Assembly (NCBI GenBank): GCA_039630415.1
Contig: JBCNVB010000003.1
Coordinates: forward strand, 32,001-96,000
Source of the DNA: a bacterium
Lineage (GTDB): Bacteria; DRYD01
Direction of reading: 5' to 3'
Length of the DNA: 64,000 bases
Shown here: piece by piece, positions 58,353 through 64,000 of the stretch
Numbering within the stretch: the stretch's first letter is position 1
Layout of the letters: every line of letters begins with the position of its first letter
The notes under the pieces: model-generated
The model's database searches: none
Told to the model about the DNA's origin: nothing
Seen by the model: only the letters and a program-made list of their open reading frames with translations
Made by a program: the position numbers and the translations under genes

Positions 58353-59200
58353 TGCTTTTCCTGTTGGATACTTTTAGTATTCTTTACCGGCTGTTTTATG
58401 CTCTTCCTGAACTGAGCCATAATAATCTAAACTTGAACTCTATCTATGGATTAACTAGAGTACTTATAAAAATAACTAAAGAGTACAAAGTGGAATACCT
58501 AACTTTCTGTGTTGATAAAGGAAGATCTGGTAGGGATAAAATACAACAAACATATAAGTCTGATCGTGTCTCTACACCAGATAAGTTTAAACAACAAATA
58601 CCAATATTTTACGAACTATCAAAAGCTTCTAAAATTAGTATACTCGCTATAGAAGGAATGGAAGCAGATGATACAATCTACACCATCTCCAATCTCTTTA
58701 AAAAAGAAATCAAAATATACATAATCACTGGTGATAGTGATTTACTACAAGCAATAGACGACAATGTTACTGTACTTTTAATGAAAAAAGGTATATCAGA
58801 TATCGAGGTTTTTGATAAGATTAACTTCACTAAAAAATACGGATTTGATAGTTCACTTTACATATATTATAAAGCACTCGTAGGAGATCAAGCTGATAAT
58901 ATTAAAGGAGTAAAGGGTATAGGACCTAAAAAAGCTTTGAATATAATAAAATCAATCGAAAATCCTTCTGATATACCTAAACACCTAGATTCCCAACAAT
59001 TGGAAATATTTAATCATAACTGCCAAATAATACAATTGAAAAACTCTCCAGATAGAATAAACCTGTCTTTAGAGAAGCTGAAAATAGATAGGCAGTGGTA
59101 TAAAAACAAAGATTTTGTTGATTTTCTTCGTAAGTATAATTTTAGGAGTATTTTAAAAGAAATAGGTGTAGAGGATGTACAAATGAAGTTATTTGGGTAG
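58352..59200 (+). CDS. Stand-alone 5'-3' exonuclease/flap endonuclease (Pol I N-terminal type)
   Basis: LLD..S..YR.FYA, YK.DR, GMEADD, TGDSDLLQ, ALVGDQADNIKGVKGIGPKKA; no polymerase domain. Confidence 0.92.
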   Translation: MLFLLDTFSILYRLFYALPELSHNNLNLNSIYGLTRVLIKITKEYKVEYLTFCVDKGRSGRDKIQQTYKSDRVSTPDKFKQQIPIFYELSKASKISILAIEGMEADDTIYTISNLFKKEIKIYIITGDSDLLQAIDDNVTVLLMKKGISDIEVFDKINFTKKYGFDSSLYIYYKALVGDQADNIKGVKGIGPKKALNIIKSIENPSDIPKHLDSQQLEIFNHNCQIIQLKNSPDRINLSLEKLKIDRQWYKNKDFVDFLRKYNFRSILKEIGVEDVQMKLFG

Positions 59201-59201
59201 G

Positions 59202-59290
59202 GGAGGGATGGCCGAGCGGTCGAAGGCGGTGGTCTCGAAAACCACAGTGGAGTTATCACTCCACCGGGGGTTCGAATCCCCCTCCCTCCG
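59202..59290 (+). tRNA. tRNA-Ser(CGA), CCA not encoded
   Basis: Acceptor GGAGGGA/TCCCTCC, anticodon arm GTGGT-CTCGAAA-ACCAC, long variable arm, TTCGAAT. Confidence 0.95.
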
Positions 59291-59299
59291 AATAATACC

Positions 59300-60517
59300 A
59301 TGGATATTATACAAATCAACAAACTAATCGATACCTGGAAACAACAACTCTCCAAAAATGATAACTACCTCATCCTCAAAACAATACAAGAAATAATTAA
59401 CGTATTCAATAAACTAGAACAACGACAAAAAACAACTTTTCTTAACATCTTTAAAGATATACAAAAAAAGGTTTTTAGTCAAGTCTATTCTAATGATCCA
59501 TTAATTAGAAGAAATGTCGTTATACTTGCCAGTACTTTAGAATCAAACGATATAGTTCTTGATGTTCTCAGGTATCTCAAAGTTGAAAAAGACTATGAAA
59601 ATTTGATAACTTATCTCAGATATCTCGAAAAGTTTAAATCTGTCGGTTTTATAGATAGCTTAAGTGACTATGCTTTTAATCATTCTTTACCTTTACCAAT
59701 TAAAATCAGAGTTATATCGATTATAACTTCCATCCTACCTCTCTACAAAGGTAACCAACAAATAATTAACAAAATCTTCGACAATATTTCGGAAATTATC
59801 AATGATCCTAATAATCAAGCTTATATAGTAATCTACTATGATAATCTCATTTCAGAAACGATGGACTACTATACCAATAAAAATCAGCCTAAAGTCGTAT
59901 CAATTTTCTGCGAGTTATATGACAGTTTGATCATTAGAACTATGGATTTAATAAAACAAATAATGAAAGATAAAGTTAAAGAAACGCAAGCTGAGTTAAT
60001 AGCTGCTTGTATAATATTCTTACTTTTGGCTAAAGCATTACTTGAAAAAATGAATTACAAGGGTTTTTCATATGAACATTATCAAGACGAAAATATCAAA
60101 TATTTATTGATCAAAACTATAGGACAATGTGGTGAGCTCTTCAAATTCATGATTAACTTCTCTGATAAGTACAATTTAACAAATGAAATAGGACAGATTA
60201 TTAACCAATTAGGTTTGTCAGAATATTTGGTTGAGTTACTATCTAACTCTAATCCAAGGCAAAAAAAAGATATCTTAAAGTTTTTATATACCTTTGGAAT
60301 AAAGTTAAGCCAAGATGAATTGAAAACCATCGCAGATTTATGTAAGCATGATTTTGATGAAGATATTATTAGTGTTTGCCTAGATATATTTGATCATAAT
60401 CACTACTATGAAGATTTACACTACTTTTCAAAGTACTCTTCTTCTTTCAGTTATCAATTGAGAGAGAAAATAAAAAATTTGATAGATAAGAGTGGCATGA
60501 ATCTCAGGGATGGATGA
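59300..60517 (+). CDS. Hypothetical alpha-helical (HEAT/ARM-like) protein
   Basis: SNDPLIRRNVV-type HEAT-like segments; 405-aa ORF overlapping pth start. Confidence 0.6.
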   Translation: MDIIQINKLIDTWKQQLSKNDNYLILKTIQEIINVFNKLEQRQKTTFLNIFKDIQKKVFSQVYSNDPLIRRNVVILASTLESNDIVLDVLRYLKVEKDYENLITYLRYLEKFKSVGFIDSLSDYAFNHSLPLPIKIRVISIITSILPLYKGNQQIINKIFDNISEIINDPNNQAYIVIYYDNLISETMDYYTNKNQPKVVSIFCELYDSLIIRTMDLIKQIMKDKVKETQAELIAACIIFLLLAKALLEKMNYKGFSYEHYQDENIKYLLIKTIGQCGELFKFMINFSDKYNLTNEIGQIINQLGLSEYLVELLSNSNPRQKKDILKFLYTFGIKLSQDELKTIADLCKHDFDEDIISVCLDIFDHNHYYEDLHYFSKYSSSFSYQLREKIKNLIDKSGMNLRDG

Positions 60518-61127
60518 TATCGTTTTTATAATAGGTCTTGGAAATCCAGGAAAAAAATATAAAAATACCCGACATAACGTGGGATTTATTATAGTGGAAA
60601 AATTTATTCAAAAATTAGACGCTACACCTCTAAATGATTATAAATTCAGTAGTATCATCTATACTCTATATCTACATGATAAAAAGGTAATAATTGCTAT
60701 GCCTCTGACATTTATGAATCTATCTGGCAACGCAGTCAAGCAAATTATTAACTTTTATAAGCCACCTAACCTTCAATACTTAGAACTAGGTAAAAAAATA
60801 TTGGTTGTCCATGACGATATGGACCTTGATATCGGAAAATTTAAGCTAAAATTTGACGGAGGAGATGCAGGACACAATGGAGTTAAATCTATCATCCAAC
60901 ACATAGGAAAAGATTTCTGTAGACTCAGAGTAGGTATATCTAAACCAGCCGACAAAAATTATCAAAAGTACGTACTGGAAGATTTTTTACCCGAAGAAAT
61001 CATTAAAATAGACACTCTAATACCTTCTCTATGCAGAGTAATAGATAGCTTTATAAGAGAGGGATTCGATATGACTGTATCAAAAATAGGAACAATAATA
61101 ACTGCGGGAGGTAGAAAAGATGGATAA
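60510..61127 (+). CDS. pth: Peptidyl-tRNA hydrolase
   Basis: IGLGNPG..Y..TRHNVGF, P.TFMNLSG, VHDDMD, GHNGVKS, RLRVGI. Confidence 0.96.
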   Translation: MDDIVFIIGLGNPGKKYKNTRHNVGFIIVEKFIQKLDATPLNDYKFSSIIYTLYLHDKKVIIAMPLTFMNLSGNAVKQIINFYKPPNLQYLELGKKILVVHDDMDLDIGKFKLKFDGGDAGHNGVKSIIQHIGKDFCRLRVGISKPADKNYQKYVLEDFLPEEIIKIDTLIPSLCRVIDSFIREGFDMTVSKIGTIITAGGRKDG

Positions 61128-62475
61128 ACAAAAATATTACGAAATAGCTTCTAAACGACTTATTCCACATTTCGCAATGTGGAAAGAAATCGAAAAATAT
61201 GGACCAAGAATCATATCCAAAGGTAAAGGAGTTTATATATGGGACATCGACGGTAATAAATACATAGATGCAATGTCTATTCTATGGGTAGTCAACGTAG
61301 GTCACGGAAGAGAAGAAATTATTCAAGCTATGTATGAACAAATGCAAAAAATAAACTACGTTTCATTGTTTGGTGGATACCACCATGAAAAAGCACTAGA
61401 ATTAGCAGATTTAATGTGTTCTATCCTGCCGGTTTACTCTGTCTTCTTTTCTAACAGCGGAGGTGAAGCTATAGAAACAGCTATAAAACTTTCAAGGCAG
61501 TACCACTACGTAACCGGTAACCCACAAAAATATAAAATTGTGGGTAGATGGCACTCTTACCACGGGGTTACTTATGGCGCTTTGAGTGTATCCGGAATAA
61601 GACAAAACAGAAACTTCTTTGAACCTCTACTACCTGGTTTTATCCACTTTGATGTACCATATTGCTATCGATGTCCTTTCTCCTTAGAGTATCCTTCTTG
61701 CAATTTAAGATGTGCTGATGATTTTGAAAAGTTGGTAGAAAAAGAGGGACCTAAAACTATAGCTGCGGTAATTGTTGAACCAGTAATGTCAGCTTTGGGA
61801 TCAGTTTATGCACCAGACATAAAAGAATACTACCGCAGAATAAGAGAAGTATGTGATAAAAATGATATTATCCTAATATTTGACGAAGTCAATAATGGAT
61901 TTGGAAGAACGGGTAAGTTTTTTGCTTATGAGCATACGGGGGTTATCCCTGATATGTTTGTATTTGGGAAAGGAATAACAAGTGGTTATGCTCCTTTAGG
62001 GGCTACAGCAGTTAGTCAAAAAATAAGTGAAGTTTTCAAGGAATGGATGTTTGTACATGGTTATACTTTTGGTGGGCATCCTGTTTCAAGCACCGCAGCT
62101 ATTGAAAATATTAATATAATCCAAAGAGAAAAGCTTTACGAAAATGCCAATAATGTCGGTACCTATTTAGGACAAAGATTGCAAGAGTTGAGAGAGTTTG
62201 ATATTGTTGGGGATGTAAGAGGAATAGGTTTACATTGGTCTATAGAATACGTGGATGATAAAAAAACCAAAAAAACAATCCCTTCTAAGTTCTGGGTAGC
62301 TTCAAGAATAGAAAAAGAGTTATTAAAAAATGGGGTATACTTATCGAGGGCTTCGGTGGATAGAACCTACATAGCTCCACCACTCATAATAACTAAAGAT
62401 GAAATAGATTTTATAATAGAAGCTTTGAAAAAGTCGATATATGCCGTTCAAAAGGAATATAGGAGCGTTGTTTGA
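61120..62475 (+). CDS. Class III PLP-dependent aminotransferase (omega-amine/BioA-like)
   Basis: G.GVYIWD.DG, NSGGEAIE, SYHG.T, FDEV..GFGRTG, GKGITSGY, HGYTFGGHP. Confidence 0.93.
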   Translation: MDKQKYYEIASKRLIPHFAMWKEIEKYGPRIISKGKGVYIWDIDGNKYIDAMSILWVVNVGHGREEIIQAMYEQMQKINYVSLFGGYHHEKALELADLMCSILPVYSVFFSNSGGEAIETAIKLSRQYHYVTGNPQKYKIVGRWHSYHGVTYGALSVSGIRQNRNFFEPLLPGFIHFDVPYCYRCPFSLEYPSCNLRCADDFEKLVEKEGPKTIAAVIVEPVMSALGSVYAPDIKEYYRRIREVCDKNDIILIFDEVNNGFGRTGKFFAYEHTGVIPDMFVFGKGITSGYAPLGATAVSQKISEVFKEWMFVHGYTFGGHPVSSTAAIENINIIQREKLYENANNVGTYLGQRLQELREFDIVGDVRGIGLHWSIEYVDDKKTKKTIPSKFWVASRIEKELLKNGVYLSRASVDRTYIAPPLIITKDEIDFIIEALKKSIYAVQKEYRSVV

Positions 62476-62521
62476 AGGGTAAGTAGTATTTGATGTAGAA
62501 GAAGATAAAGAGATAAGTTGT

Positions 62522-62593
62522 GCCGGTGTAGCTCAGCGGCAGAGCAGGTGATTTGTAATCACCAGGTCAGGGGTTCAAATCCCCTCACCGGCT
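62522..62593 (+). tRNA. tRNA-Thr(TGT), CCA not encoded
   Basis: Acceptor GCCGGTG/CACCGGC, anticodon arm GGTGA-TTTGTAA-TCACC, TTCAAAT. Confidence 0.95.
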
Positions 62594-62603
62594 AATATAC
62601 ACA

Positions 62604-63704
62604 ATGTCTTCAAAAAATCTCCTAATATTCCATGAACTTCTCAAAGCTATGACAGAAAACAAAGCTTCAGATCTTTACTTAAAACCTTTTCAAGTACCAG
62701 TATTCAGAATAGAAGGGGAACTATACCCTATAAAAATTCAAGAACTAACACCTGAATTCACAGAAGAAATCCTAACGTCTATTACAACAGTTTCTCAAAA
62801 GAAATCTTTTGAAGTATCTCCAGAGCTTAACATGATATACTCATTATCTGACGTAGCTGATAGGTTCAGGATCAATTTCTACAAAAATAGGGGATATGTC
62901 TCAATGGTTGTTAGGAGAATAATATCAAATGTTCCTACCATAGAAGAACTTAATCTTCCTCCTATTTTGAAGAAACTGGTTTTGTACAAGAAAGGATTAA
63001 TTATAGTCTGTGGACCAACAGGTATGGGTAAATCAACCACTCTAGCTGCAATGTTAGATTATGTAAACCAAAACTACAAAAAACATATAGTAACGATCGA
63101 AGATCCAGTAGAGTACATATTAGAAGACAAAAAATCATATATATCTCAACGAGAGGTAGGGATAGATACTAATAGTTTTGCAGAAGCATTAAAAAATGTT
63201 GTAAGGCAAACACCAGACATAATAATGGTGGGAGAAACCAGGGATAGTGTTACGGCTACTAGTATACTACAATTAGCTGAAACTGGACATTTGATCCTAA
63301 CAACTCTACACTCTCCAAACACTGTCCAGGCAATAGTAAGAATCTTACAGTTTTTTGACCAATCACAACATAGAGAAATTGTAGGTTACTTATCTTCTAA
63401 CCTGATAGCTATAATTAGTCAGAAATTAATTACAAGAATAGATAAAAAAGGTAGAGTACCTGTAGTAGAGATACTGATGATGAATGCGAGGATGCAGGAA
63501 CTATTAGATCAAATGGAATTCAAAAAAATGAAAGCTGAAATAGATATGTTTATTCCTGACGGTATGCAAACTTTTGATTACTCTCTAATAGAACTTTACA
63601 AACAAGGATTGATAAGCTTAGAAACAGCGATAGAACATGCAGAAGTACCTCATGATTTGCAACTAAAAATAAGAACTATGGGGATAACACCAGGTAAAAG
63701 CTAA
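62604..63704 (+). CDS. Type IV pilus retraction ATPase, PilT/PilU family
   Basis: ASDLYL, RFRIN, GPTGMGKSTT, TIEDPVE, QREVG.DT, VGETRD, TGHL..TTLH, GMQTFD; AIRNLIRE motif not conserved (PilU-like). Confidence 0.93.
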   Translation: MSSKNLLIFHELLKAMTENKASDLYLKPFQVPVFRIEGELYPIKIQELTPEFTEEILTSITTVSQKKSFEVSPELNMIYSLSDVADRFRINFYKNRGYVSMVVRRIISNVPTIEELNLPPILKKLVLYKKGLIIVCGPTGMGKSTTLAAMLDYVNQNYKKHIVTIEDPVEYILEDKKSYISQREVGIDTNSFAEALKNVVRQTPDIIMVGETRDSVTATSILQLAETGHLILTTLHSPNTVQAIVRILQFFDQSQHREIVGYLSSNLIAIISQKLITRIDKKGRVPVVEILMMNARMQELLDQMEFKKMKAEIDMFIPDGMQTFDYSLIELYKQGLISLETAIEHAEVPHDLQLKIRTMGITPGKS

Positions 63705-63740
63705 AATTTAATGTATTAAAATAAATAGGAGGAGATAAAA

Positions 63741-63941
63741 ATGTCTAGAGTTTGTCAGCTATCGGGTAAAAAAACAACTACGGGTTACAAAGTAAGCCAC
63801 TCAAATAGACATACAAAAAGAACATGGAAAGTAAACCTTAGAAAAGTTAAAGTAGGCAATAAGGTAATCAGAGTATCGGCTAAGTATCTTAAGAAATACG
63901 GACTACTTCTCAAAGAAGGGAAAATAATTAAATTAAAATAA
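63741..63941 (+). CDS. rpmB: 50S ribosomal protein L28
   Basis: MSRVCQLSGK, VSHSNRHTKR.WKVNL; AGGAGG RBS. Confidence 0.95.
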   Translation: MSRVCQLSGKKTTTGYKVSHSNRHTKRTWKVNLRKVKVGNKVIRVSAKYLKKYGLLLKEGKIIKLK

Positions 63942-63965
63942 GCTCAAAGTAGGGAGTGAAAGAAA

Positions 63966-64000
63966 ATGTTCGCAATTATTGAACTAAAAGGTCATCAATA
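63966..64000 (+). CDS. rplU: 50S ribosomal protein L21, partial (runs off window)
   Basis: MFAIIELKGHQ matches the L21 N-terminus; GGGAG RBS. Confidence 0.8.
   Translation, partial: MFAIIELKGHQ

Noticed and set aside
59202-59290. Long-arm tRNA as tRNA-Sec or suppressor
   Set aside because: Anticodon CGA, 7-bp acceptor stem and G discriminator fit ordinary tRNA-Ser.
59014-59355. 113-aa minus-strand ORF
   Set aside because: Antisense shadow of tRNA-Ser and flanking genes.

Overview
Low-GC bacterial chromosomal segment, densely coding (about 62 CDS, 3 tRNAs), from a probably diderm organism (autotransporter-like protein, AMIN amidase); the taxon cannot be assigned from sequence alone. Most genes are housekeeping (gltX, ileS, ribF-truB, murC/murE/murB, miaA, etfAB, rplR-rpsE-rplO, glnA, ispE, pth, rpmB-rplU), but normally conserved operons are broken into orphan fragments. 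No transposase, integrase, prophage, CRISPR array or rRNA was seen. The most notable items are: (1) five tandem GspG-like type IV (pseudo)pilin paralogs with a 137-bp identical block and mosaic similarity, suggesting gene-conversion diversification, plus a remote minor-pilin trio and a PilT/PilU ATPase; (2) a TerY-like vWA plus membrane-anchored Ser/Thr kinase pair lacking the usual phosphatase; (3) an excised spc-operon fragment where a long S5 tail sits in the place of rpmD; (4) a catalytically degenerate HPRT coupled to a stand-alone 5'-3' exonuclease ending in a beta-clamp-like motif; (5) kdd coupled to an MCC-type carboxyltransferase; (6) a small TKLPP repeat protein at tRNA-Gly; and several shared intergenic motifs. 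All product calls come from motif recognition by eye, not from database searches.
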